Assembly (NCBI GenBank): GCA_964016885.1
Contig: OZ024764.1
Coordinates: forward strand, 12,462,001 to 12,526,000
Reading direction: 5' to 3'
DNA: 64,000 nucleotides
Source of the DNA: Eledone cirrhosa
Lineage: Eukaryota
Position 1 is the first letter of the stretch. Every line of letters starts with the position of its first letter. The notes beneath the pieces are model-generated. The model did no database searches. It was not told the origin of the DNA and worked only from the letters and a program-made list of their open reading frames with translations. A program made the translations under genes and the position numbers. Shown here one piece after another: positions 1-12,914 of this stretch.

Positions 1-655
1 AGGACAGAGACCAGTGGTCAACAGAGAGACAATCCACAAGGTGGGTGACAGGTAGATGATATATAATGCCCCAGAGGACAGAGACCAGTGGTCAACAGAG
101 AGACAATCCACAAGGTGGGTGACAGGTAGATGATATATAATGTCTCAGAGACCAGTGGTCAACAGAGAGACAATCCACAAGGTGGGTGACAGGTAGATGA
201 TATATAATGTCTCAGAGGACAGAGACCAGTGGTCAACAGAGAGACAATCCACAAGGTGGGTGACAGGTAGATGATATATAATGCCCCAGAGGACAGAGAC
301 CAGTGGTCAACAGAGAGACAATCCACAAGGTGGGTGACAGGCAGATGATATATAATGTCTCAGAGGACAGAGACCAGTGGTCAACAGAGAGACAATCCAC
401 AAGGTAGGTGACAGGTAAATGATATATAATGTCTCAGAGACCAGTGGTCAGTGGTCAACAGAGAGACAATACACAAGGGGTGACAGGCAGATGATATATA
501 ATGTCTCAGAGGACAGAGACCAGAGACCAGTGGTCAACAGAGAGACAATCCACAAGGTGGGTGACAGGTAGATGATATATAATGACTCAGAGGACAGAGA
601 CCAGTGGTCAACAGAGAGACAATCCACAAGGTGGGTGACAGGCAGATGATATATA
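1..655. repeat. Tandem repeat, ~74-bp unit (some 66 bp), ~9 copies, running off the window start; partial unit again at 830-890
   Basis: CAGAGACCAGTGGTCAACAGAGAGACAATCCACAAGGTGGGTGACAGGTAGATGATATATAATG recurs; AGGACA at 1 and 75. Confidence 0.95.
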
Positions 656-657
656 AT

Positions 658-828
658 TGTTTCTACTTTCGGCACAAGGCCAGCAATTATCCAGTAGATA
701 ACTGGTACTTTATTTTATCGACCCCGTAAGGATGAAAGGCAAAGTTAACCTTGGCGAGATTTGAACTCAGATCGTAAAGGGGCTTAACTATGCTGGAAAG
801 CATGTCCAACCCTCTACCAATACTGCCG
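658..828 (-). mobile_element. tRNA-derived SINE (octopus-type), inserted in the 74-bp array
   Basis: Minus strand has B-box GAGTTCAAATC then TTTGCCTTTCATCC..GGGGTCGATAAAATAAAGTACCAG; same family at 4950-5750, 52065-52275 and 53485-53850. Confidence 0.75.
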
Positions 829-1204
829 AACAGAGACCAGTGGTCAACAGAGAGACAATCCACAAGGTGGGTGACAGGTAGATGATATATAGAAAATATT
901 GAAAGAGGAGGAGTACAAGGGGAAGTGTGTTGGTACACAGAAGTGACTGGAAGAAGGAAATAAAGAAAGGTGATGTACCAGACAGGTTTTTAAAAAGTAC
1001 CAGTCATGTACTGGGTCGATTCTTCTTATATCTCTTTCTCATTTCCAATATCTCTCACTCTTCTCTGTAAGAAATCTGCTGTAATCAGGTGTGGAGAGGA
1101 GTTGGGCCCTACCTGGTTTCAAGGGGCCCTAGAAATGAAGTATGTCTATATGGTGCCCCTACAAATCTCTCGGGAGTTAAGTGTCTATACCATATATATA
1201 TATA

Positions 1205-1780
1205 TATCATCATCATACGTCCACTTTTCCCTGCTTGCAAGGTGGGATGGGTCCTATTCAGCACAGCATCTCTCCACTTGTCACGGTCCTTCGTCATCTC
1301 CTCCGTGAGCTTCAGCGATCTGATGTTAGCTCTCACCGCCTCCGCCCATGTTTTTTATGGTCTACCTCTACCACGTCTTCCTTCTACTGACATCTCTTGG
1401 CACTTCTTTACCCAGCAGTCATCCTCCATGCGCATCACATGTCCATACCACCTCAGTCTTCTCTCCTGCACACCACAACTTATCCCTCTCAGACACAGTT
1501 TCTCTCTCAACTCATCTATACTTGGTCATTCACGCACATTGACATTGCACATCCAACGGAGCCTGCTTGCTTCATTTCTCTCCAGCTGTCGCATATCCTC
1601 TGTAGTTGCTGCCCATGTCTCACTACCATGCAGCATCGCGCATCTCACACAGGCATCATACAACCGGCCTTTCATACGCAGGGAGAAACCCTTCTTTGTT
1701 AACAGAGGAAGCAGCTCCCTAAACTTCTTCCAACCTGTCCTTATTCTAGATACTATGGCCTCGGAACAACCCCCTCCCAT
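1205..1780 (-). mobile_element. 5'-truncated RTE LINE 3' end with (GAT)n tail
   Basis: ORF 1526-1780 ([46 protein letters not shown]) matches the C-terminus of the RTE at 26.75-27.3 kb; CATCATCAT near 1207. Confidence 0.9.
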
Positions 1781-1849
1781 GCTAATATATATAATGTCTA
1801 CCTATCTACCCCACCGTCTGTATCAATGTATCTCTCTTTGATTGTGATG

Positions 1850-2860
1850 TTACTGTAGCATGGCCAGACAGTTTAGATGTTGCTGTAGTATGACCTGGCA
1901 GTTTAGATGGTGCTGTAGCATGGCCTGGCTGTTAGAATAGTGCCGTAGCATGGCCTGGCAGTTTAGATGGTGCTGTAGCATGGCCTGGCAGTTTAGATGG
2001 TGCTGTAGCATGGCCTGGCTGTTAGAATAGTGCCGTAGCATGGCCTGGCAGTTTAGATGGTGCTGTAGCATGGCCTGGCAGTTTAGATGGTGCTGTAGCA
2101 TGGCCAGACAGTTTAGATGTTGCCGTAGCATGGCCAGGAAGTTTAGATGGTGCTGTAGCATGGCCTGGCTGTTAGAATAGTGCCGTAGCATGGCCAGGCA
2201 GTTTAGATGGTGCTGTAGCATGGCCAGACAGTTTAGATGTTGCTGTAGTATGGCCTGGCAGTTTAGATGGTGCTGTAACATGGCCTGGCTGTTAGAATAG
2301 TGCCGTAGCATGGCCAGGCAGTTTAGATGGTGCTGTAGCATGGCCTGGCAGTTTAGATGGTGCTGTAGCATGGCCAGACAGTTTAGATGTTGCCGTAGCA
2401 TGGCCAGGAAGTTTAGATGGTGCTGTAGCATGGCCTGGCTGTTAGAATAGTGCCGTAGCATGGCCAGGCAGTTTAGATGGTGCTGTAGCATGGCCAGACA
2501 GTTTAGATGTTGCTGTAGTATGGCCTGGCAGTTTAGATGGTGCTGTAACATGGCCTGGCTGTTAGAATAGTGCCGTAGCATGGCCAGGAAGTTTAGATCG
2601 TGCTGTAGCATGGCCTGGCTGTTAGAATAGTGCCATAGCATGGCCAGGAAGTTTAGATGGTGCTGTAGCATGGCCTGGCTGTTAGAATAGTGCCGTAGCA
2701 TGGCCAGGCAGTTTAGATGGTGCTGTAGCATGGCCTGGTTATTTAGATAATGCTATAGCACGGCCTGTCTCTTTTTGCTGTGCTGTAGCATGGCCTAGCA
2801 GTTTAGATAATGATGTAGCATTGTCAAACTTCTTAAATTGTACTGTGGCATGGCCTGGCT
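1850..2860 (-). repeat. 30-bp minisatellite, ~30 copies, no indels
   Basis: TGGCCTGGCAGTTTAGATGGTGCTGTAGCA in exact 30-nt register; inverted paralogue at 30.03-31.27 kb. Confidence 0.97.
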
Positions 2861-3619
2861 GTTTAGACGGAGCCCCGTTATACGGCTTGGATTCTTGGAA
2901 CTTGTCTTTCCAAGTTTCGCGCATGCGCATTCAATTCCATCTAAACCAAGAAGAAAAAAATGGCCGTCACTTTGTAGAATTTTTCCAGCTCTACAAAAAC
3001 TCTTTCAAAATGGTTTCAAAAGAGACAGTTGCAGTTTTCTGAAAGGTAACGTAGATTTATATATTATGTTGAGATATTTTGGTAAATCTTTCCTCCTTAG
3101 TTCCCTCCATAATCAACCATTTTAACAGTCTTTCTCTTCCGTATTACTAATGAAATACACAGACCACGTGTTCCAATTCATGTTGAAAATAAACAATAAA
3201 ATGTAGGGATTTAATAATAAATTTCAACATGTTTCTTTTTTATTCACAGGAAATATATTTAGTGTAGGTTTTTAAAACTCTTCCTAGTTTTCCCTGTAGC
3301 AGCTCTGTTGTCTTTAACTAATATTTACGATGTATTTAAATGGTTCTTTCAATATTGAGATCAAAGACCGTAAATTGTTGATTCGATTCTTCAACAGTGT
3401 TAAATATTTTCTGAATCTATTGTAAATTAATTTTGTATTCTGGAGCAGATTCTAAGGGTGTGTGTCTCTCCTGTGAGGTTTTCCCGGGGGTTTTAACGAT
3501 AGGGTTCACAGACCAATTACTCCATACCCGCCCACATTCCAGAGAGGGTCGTGGAAGCAGACTCCAAAAACACTTCTTCCAGCGGGTCCAAGAGCTGTTA
3601 TACACCCTGATATAATGTA

Positions 3620-3786
3620 TACTATATATGTGTGTGTATATATATAGAGAGAAATAGGTATGTTTGCATATATATATATATGGATATGTATGTATATATG
3701 TAGATGTATATAGATAGATATGTTATATATATATATAGAGAGAGATAAATATGTGTGTATATATATATATACAGAGAGATAGGTAC

Positions 3787-3819
<33 letters not shown>

Positions 3820-4265
3820 TATGTATGTATATATATATATAGTTAGATATGTATGTATATATATAGATAGTTAGATATGTGTATATATATAGATAGATAG
3901 ATATGTGTATATATATAGATAGATAGATATGTGTATATATATAGATAGATAGATATGTGTATATATATAGATAGATAGATATGTGTATATATATAGATAG
4001 ATATGTGTATATATATAGATAGATATGTGTATATATATAGATAGATATGTGTATATATATAGATAGATATGTGTATATATATAGATAGATATGTGTATAT
4101 ATATAGATAGATATATGTGTGTATATATATATATAGATAGATATATGTGTGTATATATATATATAGATAGATATATGTGTGTATATATATATATATATAT
4201 AGATATGTATATGGAGAGAGAGATAGGTATGTGTATATATATATATATAGAGAGAGAGGTATGTG

Positions 4266-4301
<36 letters not shown>

Positions 4302-4360
4302 TAGGTATGTATATATATAGAGATAGGTATGTCTATATATATATATATATATATATATTG
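3620..4360. repeat. (TA)n/(GATA)n compound microsatellite
   Basis: Direct inspection. Confidence 0.95.
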
Positions 4361-4629
4361 GCCTTAGATAATTGTTGTGAAATATTATCTAAAAGTGTTG
4401 TAAATTAATTTCAGTTTTTAAAGCACTTTAACCCTCGGTACGTTCGTTGTACGGGGGGTGCTTCCCATATGATGTTTGTCAGATGTCAAAAGGGTCGGGA
4501 GTCTAATTCCTCACCAACACTGCCCCTCCATATACACTAACAGCTATATATAAACTGGTCTTAAATAACTCGGTGGGTGAGGCCATTAGAACGTGGAAGC
4601 TTAGTTTATGTTGGTGTATTCGTCATTAG

Positions 4630-4830
4630 AGGTAGGTGGGTTCCGTTCCTGGACTGGGTGGTGTTCTTGTGAAAACATTTTATTTCACGTTGCTCCAGTA
4701 TACTCAGCTGTAGCTGGGGGAGTTGACCCTGCGACGGACTGGCGCCCTGTCCAGGGGGTAGTCTTAGATGTTTTATGCCATGGAAACCGGGGTAAGGACC
4801 GGCGTGATGAGCCCCGAGCTGGGGACAGAC
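4630..4830 (+). mobile_element. Second SINE family (Nin/Deu-core-like); copies at 7295-7500 and 9940-10050, minus-strand copies at 28430-28730 and 35980-36150
   Basis: GTGTTCTTG..TTTATTTCACGTTGCTCCAGTATACTCAGCT..ACCCTGCGA(C/T)GGACTGGCGCCCTGTCCAGGGGG..GAAACCGGG; family assignment from recalled consensus. Confidence 0.55.
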
Positions 4831-4949
4831 TTTAGATATCATCAACCATTTGAACAACCTTTTTTTTCTCAGACACCACCCCTCGGGGTACTGTATTTCT
4901 AATGGAATACACAGCCCCTGTGCCTCAATATTGGAAAATGTTGAATAAT

Positions 4950-5750
4950 TATTTCTACTTTAGGCACAAGGCTAATAATTTGGGGTGTGGGGGAAGTCGA
5001 TTAAATCAACCTCAGTACATTACTGGCATTTTATTTATCGACCCCAGTACATTACTGGTACTTTATTTATCGACCCCAGTACACTACTGGTACTTTATTT
5101 ATCGACCCCAGTACACTACTGGCATTTTATTTATCGACCCCAGTGCATTACTGGTACTTTATTTATCGACTCCAGTACATTACTTGTACTTTATTTATCG
5201 ACTAGTACATTACTGGTACTTTATTTATCGACCCCAGTACATTACTGGTACTTTATTTATCGACTAGTATATTACTGGTACTATTTATCGACTCTAGTAC
5301 ATTACTGGTACTTTATTTATCGACCCCAGTACATTACTGGTACTTTATTTATCGACCCCAGTACATTACTTGTACTTTATTTATCGACTAGTATATTACT
5401 GGTACTATTTATCGACTCTAGTACATTACTGGTACTTTATTTATCGACTCGTATATTACTGGTACTATTTATCGACTCTAATACATTACTGGTACTTTAT
5501 TTATCGACTCCAGTACATTACTGGTACTTTATTTATCGACTAGTATATTACTGGTACTATTTATCGACTCTAGTACATTACTGGTACTTTATTTATCGAC
5601 TCGTATATTACTGGTACTTTATTTATCGACCACATAAGGATGAAAGGCAAAGCTAACCTCGGCGAGATTTGAATTCAGACTGTAAAGGGCCGTAACTCTA
5701 TGCTGTAAAGCATATTGTCCGACGCTCTACCGATACTGCCAATCCACCTC
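4950..5750 (-). mobile_element. tRNA SINE with an internal ~32-bp tandem expansion (5010-5630, ~20 copies)
   Basis: TTATCGACCCCAGTACATTACTGGTACTTTAT repeated; SINE resumes AAGGATGAAAGGCAAAG at ~5636. Confidence 0.85.
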
Positions 5751-5819
5751 CGTGAAGGAATTTAATAATAAAACCACCTGGCTACGTTAACCTGTTGTGT
5801 GTGGGGGTCACTTAATCTG

Positions 5820-5985
5820 GATGGAGATCACCTTTGTTGTTCTTCCTCTACCAGATCCAGCTGGAACTCCTCTCCACCTCCTCTGCTATAGTCTTTAGTA
5901 CTTTGGTCCTGTTCCACCCAGTTACTCAGAGATATTTCATGAGATTGTAGGCAGATATTTCTACCAACCCTCTCCCTCCAGCCTG
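5820..5985 (-). mobile_element. HERO/NeSL-like restriction-like-endonuclease (RLE) retrotransposon C-terminal remnant; copies at 7780-7920 (-) and 29020-29180 (+)
   Basis: Frameshifted ..KTIAEEVERSSSWIW resembles the AE.AE.AS.W.W terminus of RLE elements. Confidence 0.5.
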
Positions 5986-8069
5986 TGGGGTGGGGACTGT
6001 GACAGGGAAACCTACTTTTTAAAGAACTTTCTCTTTCCTGTATGTCTGTCATTTTTGTCATCATAGCTGAAGTATTGATCAGTGTTAACAGATCGATATC
6101 GATTAACGGCATAACAACCCTTCGGTTACGATATCATACGTTGTGACATTTTCTCAAGTGACCAGCCCAGGCTATGCTGGCCCTCATGTCAAAGTATCGG
6201 CCACTCTTTAATATGTTTGTGATTGAGATCTTTTACTTCCAGTGTTCTTGTCCCTCGCCTGACCAAGTCCCCCTTTGCACGGCTATCGGAGGGGAGTTAG
6301 CTACCCACAAGTATGAACCCCGTGAGGTACAGTGGCTGTTTCAGTATGTCCCCCTTTCCATCCTCCCTAGCTCTGGAACCAGGAGACAGACTCACCCTTA
6401 AGTTTCATCTATGGTGGTGACATGTAGAATATATTTATTTAAGCACTATTGTTATTTTAATAAAAAAAATGAAAAACCTGTGTTTGTTTTTTAATAATAA
6501 AATTCAACATGTTTCTTTTTTATTCACAGGAAATATATTTAGTGTATTTTGTTTTAAAACTCTTCCTAGTTTTCCCTGTAGCAGCTCTGTTGTCTTCAGC
6601 AAATATTTCGGTGGATTTAAATGTTTCTTTCAAGATTGAGATCAAAGACCGTAAATTGTTGATTCAATTCTTCAGCAGTGTTAAATATTTTCGTAAAATA
6701 TTATCCCGTAAAGCGAATGAGAATACAAGTCTTCCCCCTGGACAGACCGTCAGTCCATCACAGGGTTAACCCTCCACCTATTACTGGTACTCATGTTCAG
6801 CTGAATTATACTGACCGGAAAAACAAAAACAGTTGTAAATTCATTTCAGTTTCTCGATCACTCTCTTCCTCTGTATGTTCATCATTGGTTAACTGTCGAT
6901 CAGTGTTTGTAAAGATCGATATCGACTAACTTATGAGTTTATTTCGCCATCATTAAGTCCCAGGTTCGATCACACCCCATGTGAAACTGGGCAGACAGAA
7001 ACTGTATAGAAGTCTAAATTAATTTCAGTTTTTAAAGCACTTTAACCCTCGGTATGTTCGTTCTACGGGGGTGCTTCCCATATGATGTTTGTCAGGTGTC
7101 TTAACAAAAGGGTCGGTAGTCTAATTCCTCACCAACACTGCCCCTCCACATACACTAACAGCTATATATATATATAAACTGGTCTTAAATAACCCTGTGA
7201 GTCAGGCCATTATAACGTGGAAGCTTAGTTTATGTTGGTGTATTCTGGGTAAACAGTTTGTTTTTAGTTCCCTTCATAATATCGTCATTAGAGGTAGGTG
7301 GGATCCATTTCTGGACTGGGTTGTGTTCTTGAGAAAACATTTTATTTCACGTTGCTCCAGTATACTCAGCTGTAGCTGGGGGAGTTAACGCTGCGATGGA
7401 CTGGCGCCCTGTCCAGGGGGTAGTCTTATATTCTTAGATGTTTCATGCCATGGAAACCGGGGTAAGGACCGGCGTGATGAGCCCCGAGCTGGGGACAGAC
7501 TTTAGATATCATCAACCATTTGAACAGCCTTTTTTTTCTCAGACACCACCCCTCGGGGTACTGTATTTCTAATGGAATACACAGCCCATGTTCCTCAATA
7601 TTGGAAAATAATAAACATTTTTAAGGAATTTAATTATTTCTACTTTAGGCACAATGCTAATAAATTGGGGTGTGGGGGAAGTCGATTAAATCAACCTCAG
7701 TACATTACCGGTACTTTATTTATCGACCCCAGTACATTACTGGTACTTTATTTATCAACCCCAGTGCATTACTGGTACTTTGTTGTTCTTCCTCTACCAG
7801 ATCCAGCCGGAACTCCTCTCCACCTCCTCTGCGATAGTCTTTAGTACTTTGGTCCTGTTCCACCCAGTTACTCAGAGATATTTCATGAGATTGTAGGCAG
7901 TTATTTCTACCAACCCTCTCCCCTAATTACAGGTACAGTCATACACTGTTGTGTATAGAATTAAATATATGACAGGGAAACCTACTTTTTAAAATTTTCT
8001 CTCTCCTGTATGTCTGTCATTCTCGTAATCATAGCTGAAGTATTGATCAGTGTTAACAGATCGATATCG

Positions 8070-8385
8070 ATTAACGACATGACAGCCTTCCCGCTCCGTA
8101 AGGGTAGGCCCTTCGGTTACGATGTCATACGTTATGACATTTTCCCAAGAGGCCAGCCCATGCTTTGCTGCCCCTCATGCCAGCAGGGCAAACTGTCAAA
8201 GTATCGGCCACTCTTTGATATGTTTGTGATTGGGATTTTGGAAGTGGAGACTTCCAGTGTTCTTGTCCCCCGCCCAACTATATCCCCGGTTAACGGAGGG
8301 GAGTTAGCTACCCACAAGTGTGAGCCCCGTGAGGTGCAGTTGCTGTTTCAGTATGTCCCCCTTGCCATCCTCCCTAGCTCCGGAA
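8070..8385 (+). mobile_element. CRE-like RLE retrotransposon C-terminal remnant; paralogue at 6100-6380
   Basis: DDMTAFPLRKGRPFGYDV..KLSKYRPL..VETSSVL..ELATHKCEPREVQLLFQYVPLAIL; homologous to 14770-16260. Confidence 0.65.
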
Positions 8386-10769
8386 CCAGGAGACAGACTC
8401 ACCCTTAAGTTTCATCTATGGTGGTGACATGTAGAATATATTTATTTAAGCACTATTGTTATTTTAATAAAAAATGAAAAACCTGTGTTTGTTTTTTTTA
8501 TACACAAAATTCATGTTGAAAATAAACAATAAAATGTAGGGATTTAATAATAAATTTCAACATGTTTCTTTTTTATTCACAGGAAATATATTTAGTGTAG
8601 GTTTTTAAAACTCTTCCTAGTTTTCCCTGTAGCAGCTCTGTTGTCTTCAGCAAATATTTCGGTGGATTTAAATGTTTCTTTCAAGATTGAGACCAAAGAC
8701 CGTAAATTGTTAATTCAATTCTTCAACAGTGTTAAATATTATCCCGTAAAGCGAATGAGAGTACAAGTCTCCCCCATGGACAGGCCGCCAGTCCATCACA
8801 GAGTTAACCCTCCACCTATTACTGGTACTCATGTTCAGCTGAATTATACTGGCCGTAAAAACAAAAACAGTTGTAAATTCATTTCAGTTTCTCGATCACT
8901 CTCTTCCTCTGTATGTCCATCATTGGTTATCTGTCGATCAGTGTTTGTAAAGATCGATATCGACTAACTTATGAGTTTATTTCGCCATCATTAAGTCCCA
9001 GGTTCGATCACACCCCATGTGAAACTGGGTTGACAGAAACTATATAGAAGTCTGTCAACTGTAATTCAAATGGCCAGTCTTATAACACTGAATCTCCCTG
9101 AGAATTACGTATGTTCATAATTATAGATCAACATCTAGTTTTGTAACATGGCCAGCCTGTTTAGATGGTGCTGTAACATGGCAAGGCTGTTTAGATGGTG
9201 CTGTAGCATGGCCAGGTTGTTTAGATGGTGCTGTAGCATGGCCAAGATACTTGGAACATGCGCACTGGGTTTGTGAATTTCGCGCTTGCGCATTCAACTC
9301 CATCCAAAACAAGAAAAAAAAGATGGCCGTCAGTTTGTAGAATGTTACAAGCTTTACAGAAACTCTCGCTAAATGGTTTAGCAATGGACAATAGCAGCTT
9401 TCTGAAAGGTAACGTAGATTTTTATATTATGTTGAGATATTTTTGTAAATCTTTCCCTCTTAGTCTCCTTCGTATGATCTACTATTTACACCTGCCTAGT
9501 TCTTCTCTTGTTAACGTATTCTTAATGAGATACACACTCACCTGTTTCATACATTGCGAATATAATACAATTTAATTCATATTATTTTTATTAATAAGTA
9601 GTGTAGTTTAAACATTGTTCCTACTTCTTCCTGTGGTAGTTCCTTGGTCTTTATCAAATCCTTCTGTCGACTATTTATCCCTATCACTGTCTGGTTGTCT
9701 TCACTAACAGCAATCGAACGTGGTAGTTTCGACTGTTGACTTTCCAAAAGCTGTCACCTCTTGCAATCTCTCCGAGGTACACACAATAAGTCCAGCTGTT
9801 CACCTCTATGTTTTAAACTCTCTTTCTCCCATTTGACTTTGTCGATGGGGGAAATATTTTATTCCGTCTTGTAATGTCATACATTTAATTCTATACACAG
9901 TGTATGATGGGAAACTTCATTATTTCTTCCCATAGTGATGAGTTCCATTCCTGGATCGTGTTGTGATCTTGAGAAAAACACTTCATTCCAGGTGGCTCCA
10001 GTGTACTTAGCTGAGTCTGAGTACCAGCAGTATCTTGAGTTTTAACCCTGCCGTCCTAACCAATCATTTTAAAGTTTTGTTTTCGTTTTAATAGTCCAAG
10101 AACAGTGTTGATTATTTTGTCAGACACTGGACCATTTGTTGGTAAATACCTCCATCCAGTACGTTGGTGTCTCTACTCTATCATTCTAATAGTTTACCTA
10201 TTGTCTCTGAGACGAGGCCAGCCCCTCTATAAGTTCATTGCTGTTGAATCCAGGTTTGTTGCTCTTCATTGTATGATTTGCTCCACTGCCGGCCCCGAAT
10301 AGTCCCACTTAGCAATCAATCTTTACGAATAAGTCCAGCTGTTCAACATCTGTTTTATCTTCTTGTCTCTCCCATTAGACTTTGTCGATGGGTGAAATGT
10401 GATCTTCTTGCATTGCTCCTCGTTAGAACGCAATTCAGACAGCCGGGGTCAATATCCCGTTAAAACAATGATATATGTACGTAACACATACATATAAATA
10501 GCTTTTATTGTTGTTTCAATTAATTATGAACATCAATAATAAATAACAACTTCGTAAAATAGAATTCAATGCGTTTTTATTGACAAAAATGTATTTAAAT
10601 ACACGAGAAATATTGTTTAATTCTTCTCTTGTGTTCCTTCTTTACAGATGTCCAGCCACACAAGTGTTCTGTAGAATGAAATAAGTTTGTAATAAAACAA
10701 TTGTATCATATACTTTATTGTTGTTTATTTATTCCTGGTATGAAGGTAAATATATTTTAAACAGCCTCA

Positions 10770-11625
10770 TCAAGGTTTCGAATCCAGCAGTCGCTCCAAA
10801 AATGGTTGTCCAATAAACAGTGTAGACGGTGTCTTCAATGGTTCGAATCTAAGGAAAGAAAAGTAAGTACCATCAAGGGAATGAAGAGTAAGTATCAATA
10901 AACAATGTAGAAATATCATTGAGGGTTCGAATCCAACAGTCGTCTAAGAACGTAATTACCATCAAGGGTGATAAGTATCAAAAATGTAATAAGAACCTTC
11001 AAGTATGTAAAGAAAGTATCTCAGGTTCGAATCCAACTGTCTTCCAAGAATGTAGAAACCATCTAATAATGTAAAGAAAGTATCAAAGGTTCGAATCCAA
11101 CTGTCTTCCAAGAATGTAAGTGAAATTGTGGGTTCTAAGAATCTAAGTCTCTCTATATAGAAACTAAGTTGAAGGTTCGAATCCAACTGTCTTCCAAGAA
11201 TGTAAGTGACATTGTGGGTTTCAAGAATCTAAACAGTCTATATAGAAACTAAGTTGAAGGTTCGAATCCAACTGTCTTCCAAGAATGTAAGTGACATTGT
11301 GGGTTTCAAGAATCTAAACAGTCTATATAGAATCTAAGTTGAAGGTTCGAATCCAACTGTCTTCCAAGAATCTAAGTGAAATTGTGGGTTTTAAGAAACT
11401 AAGTTAAAGGTTCGAATCCAACTGTCTTCCAAGAATCTAAGTGAGATTGTGGGTTCTAAGAATCTAAACAGTCTATATAGAAACTAAGTTAAAGGTTCGA
11501 ATCCAACTGTCTTCCAAGAATGTAAGTGAGATTGTGGGTTCTAAGAATCTAAGTCTCTCTATATAGAAACTAAGTTGAAGGTTCAAATCCAACTGTCTTC
11601 CAAGAATGTAATTAACCTCCAAGGT
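10770..11625 (+). repeat. 85-bp tandem repeat with degenerate leading units, each carrying the Pol III B-box GGTTCGAATCC (~11 boxes)
   Basis: Boxes at ~10924, 11024, 11088, 11174, 11259, 11344, 11409, 11495; variants at 10774, 10840, 11580. Confidence 0.9.
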
Positions 11626-11639
11626 TCTTCTTTAAATCT

Positions 11640-11850
11640 CTTCTAATATGTAAATGACCTTCAAAAATGTAATTAAGATTCTCTCTAATATATTTCTAAA
11701 AAAAAATTTCTTCTAATATGCAAATGAGCTTCTAATATGTAAATGAAGCTTCAAGAGTCTAATTAAGATTCTCTCTATATATTAAGATTCTTTCTAATAT
11801 AATTCTTCTAATATGTAAATGAACTTCAAAGCTCATTTGCATATTAGATG
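11640..11850. promoter_or_regulatory. Five TTCTAATATG(C/T)AAATGA motifs (octamer-like, one inverted)
   Basis: ATGCAAAT at 11718, ATTTGCAT at 11835, ATGTAAAT variants at ~11648, 11737, 11813; function unknown. Confidence 0.4.
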
Positions 11851-12914
11851 AATTTTGAAAAAGAATTCTTCACGGTGGTCAGGGACGGGCCTTGCATCTA
11901 TGTGCCGGCCCCGAATAGTCCCAGGCCGATGCAGTCGTACGCCACTACGAATCGAACGCCAGCCAAGGGGACTGGTAGTCTGAGACGCAGATCGCACGCC
12001 ACCGCGAAGGCCGCAATTCTACTGAGTTAAATAGTGGTACTTATGGCTACTTTGGAAAAATTTTGATCAAAAAAAAATTAATATATGCAAACGGAACAAA
12101 GGGAAGTAATTCTGGATTCAAATATTTTTTTCATAAGACAATTATTAATGCATTGGTGGTGCTACGAAGACGGGGTTTTCGATGTCTGCCAACGGATTGT
12201 TTAGGGAGTTTGATTATGGGGGTTTATCGAAGTTCGATGGTGACCCTTTCTACAATTCAGAATCTACAAGATGTTGCGATAGAGACGCAAGTTAGACATG
12301 TCTTTCAACCGCGAGAGGGTAGCCAGCTTTGTTTACATTCGAGCGATAACCATAGAAGATTATACAGGTTAGACATGTCTTTTAACTGCTTTTTTGGCGA
12401 CCTTAGTACATACACTACATGCCTTTGGTCCCCTAAGCGAGCGTTAGCCACAGAGATCTTACAAGCCAGAGAGGACATTGAGCCTTCGAGAGGGGGAGGA
12501 AATTTAACTTGGGTGTTCTCAGTCCTGGAAGGAGACTGAGGTGTGATACACACAACACTTCCACTGAAATATGTACTACCTGTACAGTCACCCAACGATC
12601 CATAAGACAATAAACATCGGTTTTCGATTGACAACCATAACTACACCCCGTAACAACACATATAGCACCAGCAACACATTAACAATTTTCTAATAAAAAA
12701 TATATTCACACCTGAATTACTTCCATTTATTCCGTTTACATATATTTTAACAACGAATAATTAAAAATATAGATACAAATGTGACTTAATACGTACCTTG
12801 ATGGACTCCGGGTTTAAGGGTGTGGCCACAGGGGAGGGGTAAAGTGTGCCATTGACAGATGACCCCAGTTCTTGGGATGCTAAGAGACAGGCCTAACCTT
12901 TTATAAGCCGCCGT

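Larger units (their letters stand above)
4400..9052 (+). repeat. Tandem segmental duplication: 4400-7015 and 7016-9052
   Basis: Both copies start TAAATTAATTTCAGTTTTTAAAGCAC, end GACAGAAACT(G/A)TATAGAAGTC and share the order of internal TE fragments. Confidence 0.9.

Noticed and set aside
4795-4830. GTGATGAGCCCC..GGGG as a hammerhead core
   Set aside because: Lacks C3 and a correctly placed GAAA/stem III; part of a SINE tail
10770-11625. tRNA gene cluster
   Set aside because: Only the B-box is present; no A-box or cloverleaf discernible
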